Shown here piece after piece: positions 29,891 through 38,380 of a stretch of DNA of 64,000 bases (position 1 is its first letter; each line of letters starts with the position of its first letter). The stretch is from Rubrivivax sp. (GTDB taxonomy: Bacteria > Pseudomonadota > Gammaproteobacteria > Burkholderiales > Burkholderiaceae_C), in assembly GCA_031431555.1 (NCBI GenBank), contig JANPDN010000206.1, forward strand, positions 15,558-79,557. The letters run 5' to 3'. The translations under genes were made by a program, and so were the position numbers. The notes beneath the pieces were generated by a model that was given only the letters and a program-made list of their open reading frames with translations, made no database searches and was not told the origin of the DNA.

Positions 29891-30787
29891 ATGAGCTCTC
29901 CAGTGCGCCTGACCCTGATCGCCCCGCTGCTGGCGCTGGCCTGGGGGCTGAACTGGCCGGCGGTGAAGATCATGTTGTCGACGATCCCGCCGTTCACCGC
30001 CCGAGGGCTCGGCCTCGGCCTCGGTGCGCTGCTCCTGCTCGGTCTGGCGGCGCTGCAACGCAAGCCGCTGTGGCCGACGCGTGCGGCCTGGCCGGGCATC
30101 GGTTTTGGTGGCCTGTTCACGGTCGCGATCTTCAACTTCTGCACTGCTTTTGCGCAGCTCAATACGAGCACCTCGCGGGCGGCGGTGTTGACCTTCACGA
30201 TGCCGCTGATGGCGGCCGCATTGGCCTGGATTTTTCTCGGCGAACGGCCGGGCCGGCGCGGCGTGGTGGCGCTGCTGCTCGGCGCTGCCGGCATCGGTGT
30301 GCTGGCCGCGCCGGTGCTGCGGGGCATCGGTTCGGCGCCGCCGGGGGCGCTGGTCGGCCTGCTCTTCCCGCTGCTCGCCGCGGCGGCCTGGGCCATCGGC
30401 ACGGTGATCGCCAAACGCTGGCCGCCGCAGGGTGACCGCATCGTCTTCACCGCCTGGCAGTTGTTGCTCGGCGGCCTGGCCGGTGGCATCGCGGCTGTGA
30501 TCGCTGGTGAATCCTGGCCCAGCGTCTGGCCGCCGCGGGTGGTCGCCGCGCTGACCTATCACGTGCTCATCGCCACTGCGGTGGCCTATGTGCTCTGGTA
30601 CATCCTGCTCGAGCGCCTGAGCGTGACCGTCTCTGCGCTGACCACGCTGGCAGTGCCGGTAGTCGGCGTGATCGGCGCGATGGCGCTGGTCGGTGACCGG
30701 CCGAGTGCGGCTGATGGGCTGGGCTTTGTGCTCGTGCTCGGCGCCGCGGCACTGGTGCTGGTGCGGCTGAAGACGGCTAACGGGTAG
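29891..30787 (+). CDS. EamA/DMT-family transporter
   Basis: 298 aa with ten hydrophobic segments. ..LAWGLNWPAVKIML.. is typical of EamA repeats. Confidence 0.85.
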   Translation: MSSPVRLTLIAPLLALAWGLNWPAVKIMLSTIPPFTARGLGLGLGALLLLGLAALQRKPLWPTRAAWPGIGFGGLFTVAIFNFCTAFAQLNTSTSRAAVLTFTMPLMAAALAWIFLGERPGRRGVVALLLGAAGIGVLAAPVLRGIGSAPPGALVGLLFPLLAAAAWAIGTVIAKRWPPQGDRIVFTAWQLLLGGLAGGIAAVIAGESWPSVWPPRVVAALTYHVLIATAVAYVLWYILLERLSVTVSALTTLAVPVVGVIGAMALVGDRPSAADGLGFVLVLGAAALVLVRLKTANG

Positions 30788-30876
30788 GCGCATCGGCGGG
30801 GCAATTGGCGGCGCTTCAGTGGCGCATCCGCGGCGCAATTGGCCGCTTGCCGATCAAGCCCCGGCCGCTCTGTCCC

Positions 30877-32286
30877 TCAAGGCGCTGCCGGCAGCGATTG
30901 CACAAACCGCTTGAAGTCCGCCGACTGCGCCAGCCCGCGGCGTGCGGCCTGGCGCAGCAAGGCACGGTCGGCATCTGAAATCCTGAACGCGGTCGGGATC
31001 GCGTGCAAGCGCTGGGTCAGGTCGGGGTCGTCCAGGTCGGTGAGCTTGAGCTCGATCGAGAAGATGTCCGCGCCTGCCGACGGCGCCCAACGGGGATCGG
31101 CGCGCAGCTCCTTGCGCCACTGCTCGACGGCGTCACTGAACAGCAGCGAGGTTTCTTTCGAGAAGCGCCCCAAGCCGCCAAAGGCGACGGCGTTGAGCAC
31201 GTCGACCATGCCCGGCACTTCGCCCTGCTGGTCGATGGCCATCCCGACGTTGCTCTCCGAGTTCACCGACAGCAGGACGATGCGCGGCGGCACCGGCGCC
31301 TCCCCGGCCCGGCCGGCACCGAGCATCGCCATCACCGCGCCGATGCCACCTGCCTTGGCCACATAGTCGGTGAGCCGGCGCGTGCCGAGGTTGTCCGACA
31401 AACCGCCGTCGACGAGGTGAATGAACCGGCGCTGGCCACGGGCGATCGAATCCGACTCCGCCTTGGCCAGCCTCACCCGCGCCGGGTCACCAGCGGTGGT
31501 CGTCGAGCCCGGGCCCGCGACGGGACTTTGTGCGCAGCCTTCGCTGTGGTTCTGCAAGGTGATCGGGCTGAGCAGCAGCGGCACGGCGCTGGACGAAGCG
31601 ACCGCGGCCGACAGTGGCACCCAGTCGATCGACGAACACAGCAGCGCCATGCGATCGGATGTGAAGTTGAACGGTGCACCGGTCGACAGGTCGGTCGCAC
31701 CGATGATCAGGTACGGCCGGCCGCCGAGCTGAGCCAGTTGCCCGAAGGTGGCGCCCTTGAACAGGGTCGCGTCCAGCGCTTCGGCCAGGACATGGCCACG
31801 GCCGAACCAGGGCGAGCTCACGCGGTGCACATTGCGCGGCGCGAAGATCGCATTGACCAGCTGGCCTTGAAAGTCGACTGCGAGAAAGTCAGCCTCGAAC
31901 CGCGCCAGGTGCTCAGGCGCGCCATGCAAGGCCAGATGCGCGGCCGCGACGCTGCCGCCCGAGATGCCGGTGACCATGTCGATTTCGCGCGCCAGCGTCG
32001 TTTCGCGGCCGCGCCAGCGAAAAGGCGCAGCGTCGAGCTCGCTGAGCACCGCGTGGGCGAAGGCCGCTGCTCGAGATCCGCCGCCGGAAAAGTTGGCCAC
32101 CACCAGCATGTCGGGCAGGCGGCTCGAGTCGAACAATTGCGCCAGGCCGTCGTAGCGCACGGTCTCCTGGGCCTGCAGCGGCCCATTCGACCAGGGCCGC
32201 ACGCTGGAGCAGCCGCTGGTGACCAGCGCCACCATCAACGTGCCCGCAAGCAAGGCAAAACGCCGCAACGACAGCATCGTCTTCAT
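30877..32286 (-). CDS. Patatin-like phospholipase, probable lipoprotein
   Basis: 469 aa. Lipobox-like LVTSGC; oxyanion FSGGGSRAAAF; nucleophile elbow GISGGSVAA; catalytic VDGGLSDNLG. Confidence 0.85.
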   Translation of the reverse strand: MKTMLSLRRFALLAGTLMVALVTSGCSSVRPWSNGPLQAQETVRYDGLAQLFDSSRLPDMLVVANFSGGGSRAAAFAHAVLSELDAAPFRWRGRETTLAREIDMVTGISGGSVAAAHLALHGAPEHLARFEADFLAVDFQGQLVNAIFAPRNVHRVSSPWFGRGHVLAEALDATLFKGATFGQLAQLGGRPYLIIGATDLSTGAPFNFTSDRMALLCSSIDWVPLSAAVASSSAVPLLLSPITLQNHSEGCAQSPVAGPGSTTTAGDPARVRLAKAESDSIARGQRRFIHLVDGGLSDNLGTRRLTDYVAKAGGIGAVMAMLGAGRAGEAPVPPRIVLLSVNSESNVGMAIDQQGEVPGMVDVLNAVAFGGLGRFSKETSLLFSDAVEQWRKELRADPRWAPSAGADIFSIELKLTDLDDPDLTQRLHAIPTAFRISDADRALLRQAARRGLAQSADFKRFVQSLPAAP

Positions 32287-32315
32287 CGTCTTCTCGTCTT
32301 CGGCGCGATCCGCGA

Positions 32316-33116
32316 TCAGCGATGCGCTGGCGCCAGCATGGTGTAGTCAATCCGCGCGTCCAGGGTCTTGAGCTTGCTGCCGTCGGTCTGCATCGGGGGC
32401 ACCCGGCCTTCGTAGCTGACCAGCGCGCGGCTCTTCGTGTCGAAGGTCAGTTTCAGCGGCGCAATCGCCAGCCTGACGAAGACGCTGCTCGGCGTGATCG
32501 AAAACGACGTCGTCGCCTCGGCACCCGGGAGCCGGCGGATGACAAAGCCGTAGCTCGTCTTCTCAGCCAGCACGATCATGCGCAACGGGACCGCCTGGCC
32601 GCCCGCCAGTGCATCCCAATGCTGCAATACAAAACCGTACAGCGAGGGCCCGGCCACCGCGGGTTCGGTCAGGTCCTCTGACGCGGTCGTGACCTTGCCG
32701 TTCTGGCTCAAGCGGTACTCAAGATGTTTGCCGTCGTTGCTGACCACCACCGAGCCGCTGAAACCTTGCTGCTGGTTGGCAACATCCAGGCGCTGCAGCG
32801 CATAGGCCGGGCTGAAGCGGGCCTCTTCCGCGATGATCACGGCGCCGGTCGGGTCCCGCGTGATGTGCGAACCCGACAGCCCGCTGGGGGTCGTCGCGAC
32901 GCGGCGGTCGTAGTTGAAGAGCGCCTTGCCGTCGGCCGGCTGCTGCGCGTACACCATGCCCCGATAGATCGCAGTGCCTGCCAGATCGGGCGATTGGCGC
33001 AGCGCTTCGAGTCGCGCCATGGCCGCCGGATCGGGCTGCGCGTGCAGTGCGGTAACGGCGGTCGCCAGCAGGGCGAACACCCCAACGGTGCGTGATGAGA
33101 AGGTCGCGAGTTTCAC
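32316..33116 (-). CDS. Hypothetical secreted protein
   Basis: GTG 33116 with GGAGA Shine-Dalgarno. Signal peptide VKLATFSSRTVGVFALLATAVTALHAQ. No recognisable motif. 29 nt upstream of the patatin gene. Confidence 0.55.
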   Translation of the reverse strand: MKLATFSSRTVGVFALLATAVTALHAQPDPAAMARLEALRQSPDLAGTAIYRGMVYAQQPADGKALFNYDRRVATTPSGLSGSHITRDPTGAVIIAEEARFSPAYALQRLDVANQQQGFSGSVVVSNDGKHLEYRLSQNGKVTTASEDLTEPAVAGPSLYGFVLQHWDALAGGQAVPLRMIVLAEKTSYGFVIRRLPGAEATTSFSITPSSVFVRLAIAPLKLTFDTKSRALVSYEGRVPPMQTDGSKLKTLDARIDYTMLAPAHR

Positions 33117-33162
33117 TTTGGATCTCCAGGACAAGCGTTTCAGAGCAGTGCCGGGGTTGTGG

Positions 33163-33909
33163 TCATGCCGGTGCGGCTGCAACGGTTGATGACGCTTTGC
33201 GCGCGGCCTTGGGCAAGCGCAGCAATACAACCCCCAGGGCCAGCATCCAGATCGGCAGCACGACATTGTTGATGGCAGCGATCGGCTCCACGAGAGGGGT
33301 CGCGTTGCGCAGCATCGCCACCCAGCCGATCAGGCTTGCTGCCACGCCGGCGGCGACAAGCCAGCGCCGTCGGCCAGCAGCGGCCGGCGCCAATGCCAGC
33401 GTGGCGATGAGAAAAAACGAGTTCAGGAAAAGCTCGCCCAGCAACTCGCCGATGAAGTTGCCGAGGAAACTGTTCGACGCTGCAAAGACCGCGCCAATCG
33501 CCTCGCGCGCCGGCGGCGATGCTTCAGCGTAGGCCAGCGCGAGTTGCCAATGCAGGCTGGGCCAGCGCAGCAGGCCGACCATCATGCTCGCCGCACTGAG
33601 CACGGCCACGATGACGGCGGCGCGCGTGGCCATCGGCGCCGCCTGCGAAGCTGCCGCGTAGACGCCGATCGCGGCGGGGATCAGCAACAACGGGATCAGC
33701 CCGTAGAGCACCCACACGGCGCGCCCGGCAGGCCCGAGTGCCAGCAGCCGAGGCAACACCTCAGCGGCCGGCAGGTCCAGCACTTCGGGGTAGCCGAACG
33801 AGCGCGCCAGGTAGACGAAGACTGCAGAAAAAAGCAGCGTCGCAGCGATCAACGCCCAGCCACCGATGACTGCGGCGGTGTGCGGTTTTCTGGTCGACTC
33901 AAGTTGCAC
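33163..33909 (-). CDS. Polytopic membrane protein (possibly DUF4386-like)
   Basis: GTG 33909 with GGAGAG Shine-Dalgarno. About 249 aa with six hydrophobic helices. The family assignment is tentative. Confidence 0.5.
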   Translation of the reverse strand: MQLESTRKPHTAAVIGGWALIAATLLFSAVFVYLARSFGYPEVLDLPAAEVLPRLLALGPAGRAVWVLYGLIPLLLIPAAIGVYAAASQAAPMATRAAVIVAVLSAASMMVGLLRWPSLHWQLALAYAEASPPAREAIGAVFAASNSFLGNFIGELLGELFLNSFFLIATLALAPAAAGRRRWLVAAGVAASLIGWVAMLRNATPLVEPIAAINNVVLPIWMLALGVVLLRLPKAARKASSTVAAAPA

Positions 33910-34037
33910 AATACTCTCCGGTTGGCGCTTTTGATGACATGACCGCAGTCTGCGCCGGCATGGGCAGATCCGCCATGACATGGCGCGCCAGCGCGCTTGA
34001 CCCGGCACGCCAGATTTCACCCCAAGGAGCCGACCCG

Positions 34038-35051
34038 GTGCGTGAAGCCACGATCGCGACATCGCTGCTGATCGACTTTGTTGCCTTTCTCGAGCGCCGG
34101 GGTCTGGACGCTGCGACGGTGTGTCGCGCGGCGCGAATCGACCCGCGCTGGATCGACGAACCCAACTCCCGCGTGCCGGCGTCGGCGATGGAGCGGCTGT
34201 GGGCGGTTGGCGAGCAACTCAGCGGCGACGCCGACCTGGGGCTGCGCAGCGCAGAGTCGTACAACCCCGGCGCGCTGAGCATCGTGGGTTATGTGATCCT
34301 GAGTTGCCGCACGGCGGCGCAAGCGCTGGACCGCCTGGCCCGCTACGCGCCGCTGCTCAACGAAGGCCTGCAGGTCAGCGTCATCGAGGAGCGTGGTTCA
34401 ACCTGCTGTCGGTTTGGCGCTGCCGATGGTTTTGACAGCTATCTGCACCGTTCACCGCGCCAGGCCATCGAGACCATCGCTGCCGGCATCGTGCTCACGC
34501 TGAAGCAACTCACCAGCCGCCCACCCGAGCCGACGGCGGTGAGCTTTCAGCATGCCGCGCCAGCATCGACCACCGAGCACCGCCGCCTGCTCGGGCCCGT
34601 GGTGCGCTTCGAGCAAGCCGAAAACAGGGTCGTCTATCCGACCGCCGCGCTGGCAGTGAGCATGCTGTCTGCCGACCCGGCTTTGCTCGAGGTCTTCGAG
34701 CTCGATGCCCAGCGTCGGCTGGGCCAGCTCAGGGCCGCCGGTACGGTCAGCGCCCGGGTGCAAATCATCGTCGGGTCGCGGCTCAGGGGTGAAGTGCCGA
34801 GCCTGGCCAGCGTCGCGTCTGACCTCGCGATGAGCGAGCGCTCGGTGCAGCGCAGCCTGAGCGAAGAGTCCACCTCGTACCGGGAAATCGTCGACGTGGT
34901 GCGCAAGAACCTGGCGCTGTCGCACCTGTCGCAGCCCGACCGATCGGCAGCCGACGTGGCCTTCTTGCTCGGGTTCTCGGAGCCGAGCGCTTTCACGCGT
35001 GCCTTTCGGCGCTGGACCGGCAGCTCGCCGGCGCAGTTCAGGTGCGCTTGA
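34038..35051 (+). CDS. AraC-family transcriptional regulator
   Basis: GTG 34038, 8 nt after AAGGAG (the ORF track starts at 33939). C-terminal HTH ..AADVAFLLGFSEPSAFTRAFRRWTGSSPAQFR. Divergent from the membrane-protein/patatin operon. Confidence 0.85.
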   Translation: MREATIATSLLIDFVAFLERRGLDAATVCRAARIDPRWIDEPNSRVPASAMERLWAVGEQLSGDADLGLRSAESYNPGALSIVGYVILSCRTAAQALDRLARYAPLLNEGLQVSVIEERGSTCCRFGAADGFDSYLHRSPRQAIETIAAGIVLTLKQLTSRPPEPTAVSFQHAAPASTTEHRRLLGPVVRFEQAENRVVYPTAALAVSMLSADPALLEVFELDAQRRLGQLRAAGTVSARVQIIVGSRLRGEVPSLASVASDLAMSERSVQRSLSEESTSYREIVDVVRKNLALSHLSQPDRSAADVAFLLGFSEPSAFTRAFRRWTGSSPAQFRCA

Positions 35052-35128
35052 AGCGCCGGCGCGCGGTCGGTGTGATCGGCCGCGGCTGCGCTTGAAACGA
35101 TCTCACCGTCGTCGTCCGTACACGCCGA

Positions 35129-36064
35129 TCACCGATCGGCGTGCACCGCGCAGCTGTCCAGCCCGGCCTGCAAGGCCGCTTCGGCACAGGCCCCTTTGAG
35201 GCCGATGATCACCAGCGCGGCGCCGTCCTCCGGGGCCGACTCGATATGCAGCACTGCACTGCGGCGGCCGGCAAACTGGAGCTCGAGCCAGCCGCCGTCA
35301 CGGCCTTGCAAAAAACCTTTCAGGCGCAGCACGCCGGCCGGCAGTTGGCCCAGCCAAGCCGCAACCGCGCTTTTGTCGTACTGCCCGGCCGGCCGCGCCG
35401 ACCAGGTCTCGAAGCGCTCGCCGTGATCGGCGGCCTGCACACCGCCACGCGCCCGGTGCAGACCCGCGCCGGTGATCACCGCCAGCGGCACCCGTGCCTG
35501 CACGGTCTCGATCAACGGCACCGCGCCGGCATGGCGGGCAACCCAGGCGCGCACCTGCGCGAGCTGGCCGGAGTCCACCAGATCGGCCTTGTTCAGCAGC
35601 ACCACGTCAGCACGTTTGAGCGGCCGCTCGACGCTATCGGCGAGCAGCGGGTCGGCGGCCTGCGACAGCACCGCGTGCGCATCGACGACCACGATCACGC
35701 CGTCGAGCCGCAACTGCGGGTCCGCGATCGCATATTGGGCGATGCGCCAGGGGTCGCCGACGCCGCTGGCTTCGACGACGATCGCGTCCCAGCGCGGGCC
35801 CGCCGCGGGGTCGGGCACACGCAGCAGTTGCATCAGTGCGGCCGACAGGTCACCGCCGATCGAGCAGCAGACGCAGCCGTTGCTCAAGCGAATGCTGTCG
35901 TGGCCGCGGCGCGCGACCAGCGCGGCGTCGATGTTGACTTCTCCAAAATCGTTGACCAGCACCGCGATGCGCTGGCCATGGCTGCCGGCCAGCCAATGCA
36001 TGAGCAGGGTCGTCTTGCCGGCGCCGAGAAAGCCGCCGATCACGCTGAACGGGATGCCGCTCAC
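35129..36064 (-). CDS. COG0523/CobW-family G3E GTPase (putative metallochaperone)
   Basis: 311 aa. P-loop GFLGAGKTTLL; metal-binding CVCCS (CxCC) motif. Confidence 0.85.
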   Translation of the reverse strand: MSGIPFSVIGGFLGAGKTTLLMHWLAGSHGQRIAVLVNDFGEVNIDAALVARRGHDSIRLSNGCVCCSIGGDLSAALMQLLRVPDPAAGPRWDAIVVEASGVGDPWRIAQYAIADPQLRLDGVIVVVDAHAVLSQAADPLLADSVERPLKRADVVLLNKADLVDSGQLAQVRAWVARHAGAVPLIETVQARVPLAVITGAGLHRARGGVQAADHGERFETWSARPAGQYDKSAVAAWLGQLPAGVLRLKGFLQGRDGGWLELQFAGRRSAVLHIESAPEDGAALVIIGLKGACAEAALQAGLDSCAVHADR

Positions 36065-36105
36065 ATCAAACGTTAGCTTGCGGTTCGCCAGCGCTTAGCC
36101 TGCGC

Positions 36106-37818
36106 TTAGCCAGCAAGCGAGGCCAGCGCCGCGCCGGCCGGCCGCACCCGCCCGTCGATCACGGTGCCCCAGACGGCGATGTCCTTCAAGGCCAGCGGCG
36201 ACACCTCGAGCGGGTCGTCTTCGAGGACGCAGAAGTCAGCCCGTTTGCCGACTTCGATGCTGCCGATTTCGCTATCGAGCTTGAGGGTCCAGGCCGCGCC
36301 GAGCGTGATCGTGTGCAGCGCCTCGGGCACGGTCAGGCATTCGGCGGCACCGAGCACGCGGCCCGATGGCGTGACCCGGTTCACCGCGCACCAGGCGGTG
36401 AACAGCGGCGCCAGCGGCGTCACCGGGGCGTCGGAATGGATCGCCAGCGCAACCCCGGCGTCGAGCGCGCTGCGGCAGGCGTCGAGCCGGTGCGCGCGAT
36501 CCGGGCCGAGGGTGATGTCGTGGTGCTGGTCGCCCCAGTACCAGAGGTGGTTGGCAAACAGGTTGGCGCACAAGCCGAGCGCGGCCATGCGGCGGAACAT
36601 CGCGCGGCCGATCATCTGGCCATGCTGCAGGGTGTGGCGGTGGTCGGGCCGCGGCGCACGCGCGAGCACCCGCTCGATGGCGTCGATCGCAACCTGGCTG
36701 GCTTCATCGCCGTTGGTGTGGGTGTGGACGATGAAACCGGCGCGGTGATAGACCTCGAAGTCGGCCTCGAACTGCGCCGGCGCCGTGACCCAGATGCCGT
36801 TCGGTGCGCCGTTGAAATGCCCGGGGCTGCGCAGGCGCGCCGAGAAGCCCTGGATCGAGCCGTCGAGCATCATCTTCACAACACCGAAGCGCAGCCCGGC
36901 CCGGCTGCGTGGCATCAAGCCGCGCAGATATTCGGCGCCCTGCGCAGCGCCGTGGCTGCCGTGAAAGGCCTGGAACGCCGGCACCAGGCGCACCGCAAAA
37001 TCGCCGTCGCCGGTATGGCGCTCGAGCATCTCGACGTCTGCACGCCCAAGCCGGTTGACCATGTCAGTGGCGGTCGTCACGCCACCGCGGCAGGCGATCG
37101 CGGCAAAGCCGCGCATGCCACGGTCGTCCATCGGCGCCAGGATGCCGGCCGGCCCGATCACCCGCCACACCAGGTGCATGGCGGCCGGCTCGGCGAGTTC
37201 GCCATTCGGCTGGCCGTCAACGAAGGTCAACACGCCGTCGATCTGGGTTGCGGTCTCGGCGCTGATGCCCGCGCGCTGCAGCATCGCGCGGTTGACATTC
37301 AGCACATGGCCGTTGGCATGGGCGACGACGATCGGCCGCGGCACGGCAGCCGCGGCGCCTGCGTCATCTGCAGCGCCAACGCCGTCAAGGTCCCGCACGG
37401 TCATGCGCGTGCCGCCGGCGAAGTAGATCGGATCGAACCCCCAGGCGACCAGCGGCTCGTCGGCAGGGCGGCCGGCCGCGGCCATCTGTTGGTCAATTTC
37501 GCGCAGGCGATTGACCACCGCCGCCATCGAGCGCAGGCCTGGCCAGACCAGGCCCTGCGGGTCGCGGCGGTCAAACCAGCCGAGGTAGGGCCAGGCCCAC
37601 ATGCCACCTTCCCTGAGGTGGCAATGGCCTTCGACAAAACCCGGCAGCAGCACCTTGTCGGCAAAACGGTCGTCGATCTCGAAGCGGCCCCAGGCGCGCA
37701 TGCGGTCGAGCTCGCCCACCGCGAGGATGCCGCCGTCGCGCACCGCCACATGCGTGGCGGTGGGTTGCGCCGGGTTCATCGTGACGATGCGGCGCGCGGG
37801 ATAGACGGTGATGGTCAT
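36106..37818 (-). CDS. Metal-dependent amidohydrolase (amidohydrolase-3/YtcJ-like)
   Basis: 570 aa. ..LPGFVEGHCHL.. (HxH metal motif), ..VHTHTNGDEA.., ..IHSDAPV... Confidence 0.85.
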   Translation of the reverse strand: MTITVYPARRIVTMNPAQPTATHVAVRDGGILAVGELDRMRAWGRFEIDDRFADKVLLPGFVEGHCHLREGGMWAWPYLGWFDRRDPQGLVWPGLRSMAAVVNRLREIDQQMAAAGRPADEPLVAWGFDPIYFAGGTRMTVRDLDGVGAADDAGAAAAVPRPIVVAHANGHVLNVNRAMLQRAGISAETATQIDGVLTFVDGQPNGELAEPAAMHLVWRVIGPAGILAPMDDRGMRGFAAIACRGGVTTATDMVNRLGRADVEMLERHTGDGDFAVRLVPAFQAFHGSHGAAQGAEYLRGLMPRSRAGLRFGVVKMMLDGSIQGFSARLRSPGHFNGAPNGIWVTAPAQFEADFEVYHRAGFIVHTHTNGDEASQVAIDAIERVLARAPRPDHRHTLQHGQMIGRAMFRRMAALGLCANLFANHLWYWGDQHHDITLGPDRAHRLDACRSALDAGVALAIHSDAPVTPLAPLFTAWCAVNRVTPSGRVLGAAECLTVPEALHTITLGAAWTLKLDSEIGSIEVGKRADFCVLEDDPLEVSPLALKDIAVWGTVIDGRVRPAGAALASLAG

Positions 37819-37854
37819 TGCGATCGTCAGGGGTTGTTGGGCAAGGCCCGGGGG

Positions 37855-38298
37855 CTAGCGATGCCGGCGTGCATCGGCGTCGCGCCAGAATTTTTCCATC
37901 GCGATATAGAGGTACGACGCCGACCAGCCGATCAAGAGCAGACCGTTCAAGGCTTCGACACCGGCGAGCCAGCGAACGGGCCCCAGCGGCCGCACGTCAG
38001 CGAAGCCGAGCGAGGTGTAGCACTCGGCGGACAAGTACATGCTCGCCTCCAGCGACGATTCCAACGGCCCGTCGAGACTGCCCACCCCGAAGTGCCTGAC
38101 GAGCAAAAACATGGCCAGCCCGTAGGCCGCGATCTCGACCGCATGCGCAGCAAAAGTGACCGAGACAACGACCAGCAGCTTGGGCCGGTTCGGCATGCGC
38201 AGCCTCGGCAGCCAGGTGTTGAGAAGGCGCAGCACCTCGTAGTGAAAAACCGTGGTCAGCGCAATCAGCACCAGGCAGGTCAGGACGACAGCGAACAT
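37855..38298 (-). CDS. Small two-TM ion-channel-like protein
   Basis: ATG 38298 gives 147 aa. Hydrophobic helices flank a pore-like loop YTSLGFADV (compare the K+ channel TxGYGD). The upstream part of the 209-aa ORF was rejected. Confidence 0.5.
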   Translation of the reverse strand: MFAVVLTCLVLIALTTVFHYEVLRLLNTWLPRLRMPNRPKLLVVVSVTFAAHAVEIAAYGLAMFLLVRHFGVGSLDGPLESSLEASMYLSAECYTSLGFADVRPLGPVRWLAGVEALNGLLLIGWSASYLYIAMEKFWRDADARRHR

Positions 38299-38380
38299 GT
38301 GGGGACTTTCATGGCCGCGCCCGGCGGCGCTGCGCTGAAGATGGTGACCGCGGCGCGCCAGGGCGCGTCGCGGGCTTCGT

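Noticed and set aside
33939-34037. ORF-track start at 33939 for the AraC regulator
   Set aside because: GTG 34038 has a canonical AAGGAG 8 nt upstream. The extra 33 codons would leave only 29 nt of promoter space to the divergent gene, and they lack similarity to AraC N-termini.
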